Positions 18,483 through 27,513 of a stretch of DNA of 64,000 nucleotides are shown piece after piece. The stretch is from assembly GCA_903851445.1 (NCBI GenBank), contig CAINOH010000009.1, positions 23,908 to 87,907 of the forward strand. The letters run 5' to 3'. This stretch comes from an uncultured Candidatus Micrarchaeota archaeon. Lineage in GTDB: Archaea; Micrarchaeota; Micrarchaeia; Norongarragalinales; CAINOH01. The notes under the pieces are model-generated. The model had not been told where the DNA came from. It did not search any database and saw only the letters and a list, made by a program, of their open reading frames with translations. A program made the position numbers and the translations under genes. The first letter of the stretch is position 1, and every line of letters starts with the position of its first letter.

Positions 18483-18830
18483 TTGCGGCGCGGGCAGAAC
18501 TATTACGGGATAATGCTCGTGTGCGTGCTCGCGCTCACCCTCGGCACCATCTTCCTGCTTTCACAGGCGCCGCCGGCAATCAACGCCTCGCTTTCAAGCT
18601 CGCAGGACAGGCTTGACAACGGCTCGATTTCGGGGGTTGCACCCCAAGGCGACGCGGACCTTCTTGTGCTAAGGCGCACGGGCAACGTCGCAGTCGACTC
18701 CGCCATTCCCTGCTGCGCGAACGCCAAAAGCGGATGTGGTGGAAACGCGGCCAACTGCACCTATTCAAATGGCAACAGCCTGTCGTGCTTTTCCCGGCTT
18801 TTCGACACTGACGCCGGCTCTTGCGCATAG
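18483..18830 (+). CDS. Divergent pilin-like protein with the same Cys-rich domain
   Basis: RRG|QNYYGIML (no Glu at +5); IPCC...FDTDAGSCA; TTG start after GAGGAG. Confidence 0.78.
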   Translation: MRRGQNYYGIMLVCVLALTLGTIFLLSQAPPAINASLSSSQDRLDNGSISGVAPQGDADLLVLRRTGNVAVDSAIPCCANAKSGCGGNAANCTYSNGNSLSCFSRLFDTDAGSCA

Positions 18831-18892
18831 CAAGAATACGCCGCGGATGTTTTCTGCAAAGAATATTAAGCGCTGCAAGAGTAGCGAATAAT

Positions 18893-19078
18893 ATGAAGCG
18901 GAAAGGCCTTGGGCAGCGCGGGCAGACGTCGACGGAGTACATGCTGCTCATAGCCCTCGGCCTGACAATAGTGATTGTCTCGATCGCAATAGCAACCCAG
19001 ATCAAGGGGATGACCGACTCGCTTCTGGTGCGCGCGCAGGTTGAGCGCGAGTCCACAATCTCTATGATTGTGCGCTGA
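18893..19078 (+). CDS. Minimal helix-only pilin, 61 aa
   Basis: MKRKGLGQRG|QTSTEYMLLIALGL. Confidence 0.82.
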   Translation: MKRKGLGQRGQTSTEYMLLIALGLTIVIVSIAIATQIKGMTDSLLVRAQVERESTISMIVR

Positions 19079-19151
19079 TTGTTTCCCAGCAAGGGCGTTG
19101 CTTCAAAACCAATATTAGTACCCGCAGGCCACACTTTGCTTGACAACACTT

Positions 19152-20183
19152 ATGACGGACTTCCTGCTTTTCGCCTTTGCAGCTGCCTATTGCGCAACCG
19201 CCTGCTACATTGACATCAGGCATAGGACAATACCGGACTGGCTCACTTACGGCGGCATCGCAGCCGGGCTTGCCCTTGGCGGCCTCAACTGCCTTGCCCT
19301 GGGAGGTGCCTTTGCTTTGCAATACACGCTGATGCTTGCAACCGCGCTTGCCCTGGGCTACCTCCTGTTCGCCCTTGGCGTGTGGGCCGGCGGCGACGCA
19401 AAATTATTCTGGGCGTTTGCCGCGCTGCTTGGCGCTGCAAGCCGTGCAGACGTGCTCCTTCCGGTTGTGCTGTTTGCGGCCTCGGCGCTGCTTTTCCTTG
19501 CCTGGACGTTCGTTTCGAACGCGGGAACCATACTGAAGAAAAGAAGGGAGTGCACGCGAATAGCTGTTGATTCGGCAGCAAAGGCAGTTGGCGCGGCGGC
19601 AGTTGCCTCGCTTTTTGCCAGCGGCCTTGGCGCGGATTACATCCTTGCGGCAATCGTTGCAGTTGCATTTCTTCTTGTGCAGCTGCCGAAATACGCCTGG
19701 CTGGCGATATTGCTTGTTGCGCTTGCCTTGAACGCCGACGCAACCACAGTCGCGTTCCCGCTCTCCTTTTTGCTTGCATCCGCAATAGGGACGGTGGCGG
19801 GAATAGGCTCGAAAGTCATTGCGCCCAGCCTCACCTACAAAGTGCGCAAGGCCGACCTTGAGGAAGGGATGCTGCCAGCGTACACGGTGATTGAAAATAA
19901 CGGCAAGGCGGTGCTGTTTCGGCCAATGTTCGACTTGGGCGGAATAATCAAGGCAGCACGAAAGGAAAGCGATGTGAAAAAAATCCTCCAAAAAGCGGGT
20001 GCGATTCCGCCTGCCGGCTCAAAAATAGTCGCGGATTCCGCAGACGCGGCCGGGCTTGAAGCTTCGCAATTGCAGAGGTTAAAAAAGCTGGGAAATGTTA
20101 GATGGTTGCAAGTGCGGAGGACAACGGCATTCGCGCCGGTCCTTTGCGTTTGCTTTCTTGCGGCGCTTGCCGGGTTGTTCTGA
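19152..20183 (+). CDS. Prepilin peptidase, A24 family (EppA-like, extra TMs)
   Basis: Two catalytic Asp motifs YIDIRHRTIPD and WAGGDAKLF; DLEEGM; C-terminal TAFAP. Confidence 0.9.
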   Translation: MTDFLLFAFAAAYCATACYIDIRHRTIPDWLTYGGIAAGLALGGLNCLALGGAFALQYTLMLATALALGYLLFALGVWAGGDAKLFWAFAALLGAASRADVLLPVVLFAASALLFLAWTFVSNAGTILKKRRECTRIAVDSAAKAVGAAAVASLFASGLGADYILAAIVAVAFLLVQLPKYAWLAILLVALALNADATTVAFPLSFLLASAIGTVAGIGSKVIAPSLTYKVRKADLEEGMLPAYTVIENNGKAVLFRPMFDLGGIIKAARKESDVKKILQKAGAIPPAGSKIVADSADAAGLEASQLQRLKKLGNVRWLQVRRTTAFAPVLCVCFLAALAGLF

Positions 20184-20196
20184 AGGGTAGACGAAG

Positions 20197-20625
20197 ATGC
20201 GCGGACAGGTCGGGCTGGAATTCTTCCTAATACTGGGCTTCTGCCTTGCAATGCTCACAATACTGATTTCGGACTCGGAGCGGGAGATAACCGAGAACGA
20301 AAAGCTTGACACTGCCGTGCTTTCGCTTTCAGCGCTGAACTCGGTGTCCAACGCAATCAACATCGTTGCCTTGCAGGGCAACGGCGCACAGTTGGCAGTT
20401 AGCGCGTTCGTGCCGTCAAAAAGCAAGTGCTACCTGCCGGTTGCTTCAGAGCAGCGGCTTGCTTGCGACATCGGCGACGCGTACGGCCGGCGCGTGTACG
20501 GGATGAGGCTGATGGCGATGCCGGACACCATCAACGATGCGTGCTACACCACGTACGGCTGGATGGACGTTACCGTGAAGAAGGCGGCCGGAAAGATTGA
20601 AATCTACTGCTCGGGGCAGGCGTGA
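20197..20625 (+). CDS. Minor pilin (cassette 2)
   Basis: MRG|QVGLEF. Confidence 0.85.
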   Translation: MRGQVGLEFFLILGFCLAMLTILISDSEREITENEKLDTAVLSLSALNSVSNAINIVALQGNGAQLAVSAFVPSKSKCYLPVASEQRLACDIGDAYGRRVYGMRLMAMPDTINDACYTTYGWMDVTVKKAAGKIEIYCSGQA

Positions 20626-20632
20626 GCGGCTT

Positions 20633-21055
20633 ATGCTTTCTGGAAGGGACGGAAAACGCGCGCAGACCTCGGTAGAGTACATGATGGCGCTTGCGATGAC
20701 CCTCGTGATCGTTGCGGCCATCATGGTCGGCGGGTTCCGCGAGCTCGAGCTTGACCTTGCGCTTGGCGCTGCAAGGATGGGCGGCACCGACTTTACCGCC
20801 GGGAACCCGGGCTACACGCTTGGAAGGGTTGACTTTACCCTTAACGAGAGTGAAAACACCATTAATGTCACGCCGCACTTCTACCTTCGCGGCGCAAGCA
20901 CGATCCCGGACGAGGACAGGATTACGGCCGGGTCCCTATGCTTTTCCAAGATACGAAGCGTGTTCCAGCCAGGCAACTTAAGCCCGAGCGCGGACTATTG
21001 TTTTGACGCGACTTACCGGCGCTACTGCGTCACTCCGGTAATGGCGCCGGCATAG
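20633..21055 (+). CDS. Minor pilin (cassette 2)
   Basis: KRA|QTSVEYMMAL. Confidence 0.83.
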   Translation: MLSGRDGKRAQTSVEYMMALAMTLVIVAAIMVGGFRELELDLALGAARMGGTDFTAGNPGYTLGRVDFTLNESENTINVTPHFYLRGASTIPDEDRITAGSLCFSKIRSVFQPGNLSPSADYCFDATYRRYCVTPVMAPA

Positions 21056-21063
21056 GTGAGACG

Positions 21064-21600
21064 ATGAGACTGCTTCCAACTGACGACGTTTCAAGGTTCC
21101 AGCTTTTCTCGCTGCTTTTCCTCGCGGCCATACTCGCGTCCACGTTCATAGGCACGTACGCGTTTGCGGCCACGCTCCTGCTGTTTGGAATCCTTTGCCT
21201 CTTCCTAGCGCAGCCGCTTGCGCAGGCGCAGAGGAAACAGGCGTACGCGCTGTTCTGTATATTCGGCCTCTTCGGCCTTGGCGCGCTCTTGGGAAGCCTG
21301 TTAGTAGCTTCACCCGCCCAGGCGCTCGGCTTTTTCCCGCTGTTGATTGTTGGTTTTCTTGCCCTGTACGCAGTAGTCAAGCTCTACGTGGTAAGCGGTG
21401 ATGCGGAGTGCAAAGTCATCGGCTACTCCGAAGGCTACGCGATAGTCGATGTCGCACCGTCGGTGCTGGCGGCAATCCCGCCGGGAATCCACGCGGTAAA
21501 AAGCAGGCCTGTTGCGAAGGGAAGGAAGGCGCGGCTTGTCTTTGAGCGCAAGCTTTTCGGCTCCGCGTCAAAGCCAACCGGCCTTGAGACGCACTCCTGA
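21064..21600 (+). CDS. Pilus-associated membrane protein (DUF2101-like)
   Basis: About 4 TMs then a beta-rich tail KVIGYSEGYAIVDV...PPGIHAV; family assignment from memory of archaeal pilus loci. Confidence 0.6.
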   Translation: MRLLPTDDVSRFQLFSLLFLAAILASTFIGTYAFAATLLLFGILCLFLAQPLAQAQRKQAYALFCIFGLFGLGALLGSLLVASPAQALGFFPLLIVGFLALYAVVKLYVVSGDAECKVIGYSEGYAIVDVAPSVLAAIPPGIHAVKSRPVAKGRKARLVFERKLFGSASKPTGLETHS

Positions 21601-21694
21601 TTTTTGCCTAATGTTAAACGTGGGAAAAGTTGGGCCGCCACCAGCGTTGCCCTTTCGGCAGTTTTTTATCGTGCAGCATAATACTTCCTTTGCG

Positions 21695-22168
21695 ATGAGG
21701 GGACAGATGGCGTTGGAGTTCTTTTTTGCAATGGCGCTAGTCTACCTTTCGGTCTCCTGGCTGGTCAACTACCTTAATGCGGGCTACGACTCCGGCAGGT
21801 TCCTCGCATTGCGAGAGGAAAAACTTGTTGCTGCTGAAATCGCCGGCCTTGCAAACAGCGCCTGCGTGTCAAACTTGAGCGCGACAATCAACGCGCCGTG
21901 CATGACGTACATTGGAAAACCAACCGGCTACTGGCTTTACACCGACGGCAACAGGCTCATAGTCAATACCTCACTCGCGCCAGAGGCTGCGAGGGCAGTG
22001 GCGGTCTGTGATGTTTACGCCAACCTGACGGAATACAACGCGACTTTTGGCGTGTTCGAGCAGCAGCAAATGGCCTGTGATGCCAACACTTTCGAAGGCA
22101 CAGAGATATGCGTCCGGCCGGACGGCACGGGAAAGGTCGGCCTCTCAATGGGGCGGTGCACGTCATGA
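21695..22168 (+). CDS. Minor pilin (cassette 2)
   Basis: MRG|QMALEF; start trimmed to ATG 21695. Confidence 0.85.
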   Translation: MRGQMALEFFFAMALVYLSVSWLVNYLNAGYDSGRFLALREEKLVAAEIAGLANSACVSNLSATINAPCMTYIGKPTGYWLYTDGNRLIVNTSLAPEAARAVAVCDVYANLTEYNATFGVFEQQQMACDANTFEGTEICVRPDGTGKVGLSMGRCTS

Positions 22169-22569
22169 GCCACTACCGCCGCAAGGCCAGGCGTGCGCAG
22201 TTCTTCTCGGCAGACTTTGTAGTTGCAACGGTAACGCTGTGCTTTGCGCTCGGGTTCCTCCTGCACTCCGGCCAGCTTTCGCTTGACAGTTTCTCAAAAT
22301 ACGGCCAGCACGACAACAACATAGCCGAGACAGTTGCCGCAAGCCTTACAACGCCCGGCGCGCTGCCGGTTGCTCCGGCAAAAATGCCGCATACTTGCTG
22401 GGAATACGACAACGGGACGAATTCGACACCGGACTGCGCGTCGGTAATTGACGGCACCGGCGGGTGCGCTGGCCGCAAGATGGACACATATTCCGCAAGC
22501 AGGCTTGTCGCGTGCGGAAACTCGGCGTGCCTTTTGACTGTAAGAAGCTGCGATGTGGTTGTGCAATGA
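22165..22569 (+). CDS. Minor pilin (cassette 2)
   Basis: RRA|QFFSADFVVA; ATGA overlap. Confidence 0.8.
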   Translation: MSHYRRKARRAQFFSADFVVATVTLCFALGFLLHSGQLSLDSFSKYGQHDNNIAETVAASLTTPGALPVAPAKMPHTCWEYDNGTNSTPDCASVIDGTGGCAGRKMDTYSASRLVACGNSACLLTVRSCDVVVQ

Positions 22570-22994
22570 GACGGGCGTTCATCTTCACTGCTGACGCGAT
22601 TTTTGCGCTGATGATGCTGGGCGCGGTGGCGCTCATGTTTACAGTGTACGCGACGCAGCCGGAGTATTCTGCCAAGACGACCCTCTTGCAGGCCATTGCC
22701 TATGACTATGCAACGCTTTCACTGCCGCCGGTGAACCTTGACGAGAGCACGTTCAAGGCAAAGACGGGCTTTGACGTTTACGTCTCGGAGGGCGCGGTGC
22801 CAAACGCAAGGCAAATCGTGGTGCGGGCGACAAAGTACGCGTACAACAACTCGTGCAACAGCAAGGACTGCAGCAAAAACTGCAGCATTACCAAGGCCGA
22901 TGCGACCGGGTCGGGCGGGTACGGCTGCCTTACAAACCAGGCGCTTGACCGGTTCGGCATAATCAGCACAAAAGCGTGGGTGGCTACCCCATGA
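22566..22994 (+). CDS. Minor pilin (cassette 2)
   Basis: MRRA|FIFTADAIFA; ATGA overlap. Confidence 0.8.
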   Translation: MRRAFIFTADAIFALMMLGAVALMFTVYATQPEYSAKTTLLQAIAYDYATLSLPPVNLDESTFKAKTGFDVYVSEGAVPNARQIVVRATKYAYNNSCNSKDCSKNCSITKADATGSGGYGCLTNQALDRFGIISTKAWVATP

Positions 22995-23614
22995 AGGGAA
23001 TGTTCTCTTTCGCAGTGGCAATGTTCGCCTCACTGGTTCTCTTCTACTTCGTGGCCAGTGTGGTTTCCATCTCGGAATACCAGGCCATCGGCCAGAAGCG
23101 GCTGCAGGTGCAGGTGCTCTCGCAGGCCTACGGCGACGCGACTGGAGTTTATGACGATGCAGTAATGGATGCGATACTCGATTCGGCTTACTCGTCAGAT
23201 GATGCCAACGCCTGCAATGGCGCTACGGGCGCGCTTTCAAGCAAGCTTGCCACTAAGGTGCAGTCGTATGTTGACCACACCACCACCAACCTTTCAGCAG
23301 CGTTCGATGGCACCGCAACCGCCGCCACGTCCTGGCCCGCATCGGGCCTCTACGTTGACATTTCCCCTGGCCAGCAGACGCTGGCCCCGTCGTGCAAGGC
23401 AGCAGCGGACGCGAGCCTCGTCCTGAATCGCGTGAATGCAACCGTGGCTTTCCCGCTCAACGTCACTTCAGCCGACGGGTCAACAGGCGCGGTGTCAAAG
23501 CAGTTCAATCGCTCCTACGAAATACTGACCAACTACTCCGCCGCGAGCAATTCGTTCACAATTCTGGTCCGGCGCAACGGCGTTGACATGCGCTGCGTCA
23601 ACGTCGCCTGCTGA
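22991..23614 (+). CDS. Minor pilin-like protein (cassette 2)
   Basis: MKG|MFSFAVAMFASL; ATGA overlap. Confidence 0.75.
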   Translation: MKGMFSFAVAMFASLVLFYFVASVVSISEYQAIGQKRLQVQVLSQAYGDATGVYDDAVMDAILDSAYSSDDANACNGATGALSSKLATKVQSYVDHTTTNLSAAFDGTATAATSWPASGLYVDISPGQQTLAPSCKAAADASLVLNRVNATVAFPLNVTSADGSTGAVSKQFNRSYEILTNYSAASNSFTILVRRNGVDMRCVNVAC

Positions 23615-23692
23615 ACTCGTTTCCTTCCCTCACCAAAACGGTTAAATCGGCTTGCAGGCACTAAGAGTCAATAGGGGAAAAGGGGGATTGTC

Positions 23693-24337
23693 GTGGACCG
23701 CCGGTCGGTCACTTTCGCAATACTGGTCGTTGTAGTGCTGATAGCCGTTGCCATGCTCACTACACCGCCCCGGAACACCGCATTCACATCAAAGGACGCG
23801 GTTGACGCGAGCTTGAAGGATGCCCAGCAGTTCGCGGCAGTCGGTTATCCTGGCGCGGAGACTTACATCGAAGTGACGTCGGCATCCAACGCATCGGGAA
23901 AGTGGAAGGTCGAGATGCGCCTTTCAATTGCACCGCACTCGCGGTGCCCTGCGATGCAGAAGCTGTACTACGAGATGTTTCCGGTTACTTTGCGCAACGA
24001 GACGGTTGTTGCGGCCAACGACTGCCACGCTAGGCCAATCAGCGTTGCGCCGGACGCGATAGTTGACTCTTATGCTGACTCGGCAGGCGCAAGGCAGGCA
24101 CAATCAATAGGGTATGCCGCTTGCGCTTTCCAAATCCCGCTTTCGGATGTTGCCGCTGCGACAAACTATTGCCCTGCTGTTGACAATGCGTCCATTGCGG
24201 ATTTTGCATCAAGTAATGCGCTCAAGGACGGCTCGTGGGTGGTGCAGTGGTACAGGAAGGCCTCTGACAGCTACCTGGTGGCGCTGGACTCCTCCGGGAG
24301 CCTGCTTGCCGAGGGCAACTACGCACCCAGGACGTAA
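23693..24337 (+). CDS. Membrane-anchored exported hypothetical protein
   Basis: N-terminal TM, four Cys, N-x-S/T sites; GTG start after a GGGGGA RBS. Confidence 0.75.
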   Translation: MDRRSVTFAILVVVVLIAVAMLTTPPRNTAFTSKDAVDASLKDAQQFAAVGYPGAETYIEVTSASNASGKWKVEMRLSIAPHSRCPAMQKLYYEMFPVTLRNETVVAANDCHARPISVAPDAIVDSYADSAGARQAQSIGYAACAFQIPLSDVAAATNYCPAVDNASIADFASSNALKDGSWVVQWYRKASDSYLVALDSSGSLLAEGNYAPRT

Positions 24338-24386
24338 GCGCGGGCTGCCAAACCCGTTTTTATTTTCAGCCAGTGTAAACCAGTAG

Positions 24387-24539
24387 ATGAAAAAATCGTG
24401 CCGCGGCCAGACCGCCACCGAGATGCTGCTGATAATCGCGTTCGTGGTGTTTATCGCCGCCATTGCAATAGTAATGTCCACCCAAGTGGTCGCAGGCATG
24501 GCCAACTCGGTGAGCAACGTCACGATCATACCAAAATAG
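24387..24539 (+). CDS. Minimal pilin, 50 aa (below the ORF-track cutoff)
   Basis: Manual translation MKKSCRG|QTATEMLLIIAFVVFIAAIAIVMSTQVVAGMANSVSNVTIIPK*. Confidence 0.82.
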   Translation: MKKSCRGQTATEMLLIIAFVVFIAAIAIVMSTQVVAGMANSVSNVTIIPK

Positions 24540-24563
24540 GCGCTTGGCGGTTTTTTGCCGTGA

Positions 24564-26336
24564 TTACTCGTAGTAGTACTCGCCGGACTTCTTCTGCTCC
24601 GCGTCCTTCTGGCTTCCTTCCTTGTTTGCGCGCGGCCGGCCTGTTGACTCGTCGCGGCGGAAAGTGATTTCGAACGACTTGAGGAAGGAGTTCATCCCGC
24701 TGCGCATTGCAACAGGTGCGCCCGCAAGACCCTCTGCTGACGGGGTCCCGGAGAACACTATGAGCCTGTCCGAGACCGAGTCCACCAGCACGAGGTCATG
24801 GTCTATCACGAACGCGTTCTTTCCGCTGTCCGCAATCATCCTGCGCAGTATCTCCGCAACGCGGAGCCGCTGCTCGACGTCAAGGAAGGCCGACGGCTCG
24901 TCAAGCAGGTAGATGTCCGCCTTGCGCGAGAGGCACAGCGCGACATTGACGCGCTGGAGCTCGCCGCCTGAAAGCGCCCTGACCTTTTTTTCCTCAAGCT
25001 CGTCCATAGACAGCGCGGTCCGAAGCTCGGATGAGTAGACTGCTGCGTCGAATGCGGGGTCGGACTCGAAAAATTCCCGGACGTTGCCGTCGAAGTCCTG
25101 AGTAAGGTACTGCGGCTTGTAGGAAATGACCTTCTTGCCAAGGCCCACCTTGCCTCCATCGGATTCAAGCTCTCCTGCGAGCATCCGGATGAACGTGGTC
25201 TTGCCAACTGCGTTGGGCCCCAGGATGCCGATTATTTCCGACTCGTAGACTTTGCCCGCCTCCGCGGACATTCGGAAGCCCTTGAATGTCTTTTCGCACG
25301 CGGGGTACTCGAATGCAAGCAGGCCCTTGTTCGTGTTGAGGTGGGTTGCTGTTGAGAACTTGATCTGGTGGTCGCGAAAACGCACGTTCTCCTCCGGAAG
25401 GTACCCTGCCAGGAAGTCGTTGATGCCGTTGCGCGAGCCCTTAAGCTGCGACACTACCCCATAGGCCCCGCGAAAACCATAGAGGACGTGCACGTAATCG
25501 GAAAGGTAGTCAAGGAGCGCCAGGTCGTGCTCGACTACGACCATCGGCCGATCCCCGGATTTTGCCTTTATTGCCTTTGCCGCCTTGAGCCGCTCGCTCA
25601 CGTCCAAGTATGACGAGGGCTCGTCAAGGCAGTACACTTGTGCGTCCCGTCCTAGGCAGCACGCTATTGCAAGCCGCTGCAGCTCGCCGCCTGAAAGCTG
25701 GGAGGTCTTGCGGTCGAGGATTGCAAAAAGGTTGAACTGGATGCAAATTGCGTCGAAGTCCTTCTTCTTGGGAACTGTTGCAGACAGGAGCTCGCGCGCA
25801 GTGGTCTTGCCTGACGCGAGCCTGTTCACGTCCTGCAGCTTGTGCGAGAATGAGATTTTGCCTTCCTTGAGCCTCTGCAGGTACCCCTGGATTTCCTGGC
25901 CGCGGACAGCGAGCTTGATTTGCTCGAATGACGGCGGGTTTGCATAGTTGCCCATGTTGGGGGAAAGGCTACCGCGCATGAGGTTCACAGCAGTGCTTTT
26001 GCCTATGCCGTTTACACCGATGATTCCAACCACTGAATTTTCCTTCGGGAGCAAGAACCCGTAGAGGCGGAAGGTGTTGGGGCCGTACTGGTAGCTTGGC
26101 GTGTCAAGCTCGCCCACCAGGTTCACTATCTTGATTGCGCCGGGCTGCGCCCGCTTTACGCACAGCCCGCAGCCGGTGCACAGCGACTCATCTATGACTG
26201 GCAGGCCCTCCGGGTCGAGGCTGATTGCGTTTCGGCCCATCCGCACCTCCGGGCACGCCTTGACGCACTCGTAGGCAAGCTGGGGCGAGTCGAACTTCTG
26301 CCGGTCAATCACTGCGATGCGGTGCTTCTGTGCCAT
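24564..26336 (-). CDS. rli: Ribosome recycling ATPase ABCE1/RLI
   Basis: N-terminal Fe-S domain CTGCGLC, two NBDs (GVNGIGKST, GPNAVGKTT, LSGGELQR twice), ITFRRD..GRPRANK. Confidence 0.96.
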   Translation of the reverse strand: MAQKHRIAVIDRQKFDSPQLAYECVKACPEVRMGRNAISLDPEGLPVIDESLCTGCGLCVKRAQPGAIKIVNLVGELDTPSYQYGPNTFRLYGFLLPKENSVVGIIGVNGIGKSTAVNLMRGSLSPNMGNYANPPSFEQIKLAVRGQEIQGYLQRLKEGKISFSHKLQDVNRLASGKTTARELLSATVPKKKDFDAICIQFNLFAILDRKTSQLSGGELQRLAIACCLGRDAQVYCLDEPSSYLDVSERLKAAKAIKAKSGDRPMVVVEHDLALLDYLSDYVHVLYGFRGAYGVVSQLKGSRNGINDFLAGYLPEENVRFRDHQIKFSTATHLNTNKGLLAFEYPACEKTFKGFRMSAEAGKVYESEIIGILGPNAVGKTTFIRMLAGELESDGGKVGLGKKVISYKPQYLTQDFDGNVREFFESDPAFDAAVYSSELRTALSMDELEEKKVRALSGGELQRVNVALCLSRKADIYLLDEPSAFLDVEQRLRVAEILRRMIADSGKNAFVIDHDLVLVDSVSDRLIVFSGTPSAEGLAGAPVAMRSGMNSFLKSFEITFRRDESTGRPRANKEGSQKDAEQKKSGEYYYE

Positions 26337-26424
26337 TGTGCTATCAACACTAACTCCTATATTTGAACAGGATAATACTTCTTCAAGCCAAATAAATTAA
26401 CTGTTCGCACGAAGGAAGAAAGCC

Positions 26425-27477
26425 ATGAGGGTAATGCATTTCGACGAGGCCGAGGGTTCGCTCAAGGCAGAGGCCCGGAACCTTGAGGACCTGTGGTACC
26501 TCTCGATGATAATCACGCCGGGCGCAAAGGTAGCCGGCCGCTCTTTCCGCAGGTTCGCAACAGCGGCCGAGGGCGAGCGCGCAAAGTCAGGGGAGAAGAA
26601 GCCCATCCACGCGGTGATTTCAGCCGAGCAGGTCGAGTTCTCGGAGTCGGCAAACCGGCTGCGCGTCACCGGGAAGATAATCAGTGGCGAGCCTGCGGAG
26701 TTCGTGCAGGCAGGCGCATACCACACGCTGGACGTCGAAGTTGGGAGCGTAATCACGGTTTCCAAGCAAATGACCGCATTTGACCGCGAGATGGTCGACG
26801 AGGCTCGAAAGAGCGCCAAGGCAATCAAGGCGGCAATCCTTGCGCTTGACGACCGCAAGGCCACGTTCAGCGTAATCACCAACTCGGGAATAAAGCACAA
26901 GATGGAGATAGAGAGCGGCGCAAGCAAGCGCGACCTCAAGGGCTTCGACGAGGCAAAGAAGGGCTTCTTTTTCGAGCTTTACACGCTCCTCTCGCAGTCG
27001 GAGTGCGAGGCGCTGATTGTGGCTGGGCCGGGCTTTGCAAAGGATGACTTCGCAAAATACGTCAAGGAAAGGGACGGCAAGCTGTTCTCGAAAATCCGCA
27101 TCGAGCACGCGAGCACCGCGGAGCGCAACGCAGCATCCGAGCTCCTCAAGCGAGGCGCGATAAGCAGGATAATGGAGTCGCAAAAAATGCAGGAAGAGTT
27201 CGACGTGCTGGAGGCGCTCAAGAAGTCCGTTGCAAGGGACGACGGCTACTCGGTTTATGGGCCAAAGGAAGTTGAAAAGGCCGTTGAATCCGGAGCAGTC
27301 TCGGAATTGCTCGTGCTCGACGAAGTTGCGCGAAAGGACGCAAAGGCCCAGAAGATGATACGCACGGTGCGCAGCTCGGGCGGGAAGATAGTCATATTCA
27401 ACTCGCAGGACGATGCTGGAGCCGAGTTTCGGAATTTCGGGATTGCGGCGAGGCTGCGCTACAAGACCAACTACTGA
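26425..27477 (+). CDS. pelA: Pelota/Dom34 ribosome rescue factor
   Basis: LEDLWYL, RLRVTGKI, GAYHTL, AGPGFAK, VYGPKEV, GIAARLRY. Confidence 0.94.
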   Translation: MRVMHFDEAEGSLKAEARNLEDLWYLSMIITPGAKVAGRSFRRFATAAEGERAKSGEKKPIHAVISAEQVEFSESANRLRVTGKIISGEPAEFVQAGAYHTLDVEVGSVITVSKQMTAFDREMVDEARKSAKAIKAAILALDDRKATFSVITNSGIKHKMEIESGASKRDLKGFDEAKKGFFFELYTLLSQSECEALIVAGPGFAKDDFAKYVKERDGKLFSKIRIEHASTAERNAASELLKRGAISRIMESQKMQEEFDVLEALKKSVARDDGYSVYGPKEVEKAVESGAVSELLVLDEVARKDAKAQKMIRTVRSSGGKIVIFNSQDDAGAEFRNFGIAARLRYKTNY

Positions 27478-27513
27478 TGGCTGCCGGACGCTTTTCCTTG
27501 CCCTCTGCTTCCA

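Noticed and set aside
15231-18830. Diversity-generating retroelement or shufflon acting on pilins
   Set aside because: No reverse transcriptase or recombinase in the window, and differences between paralogues are not adenine-specific.
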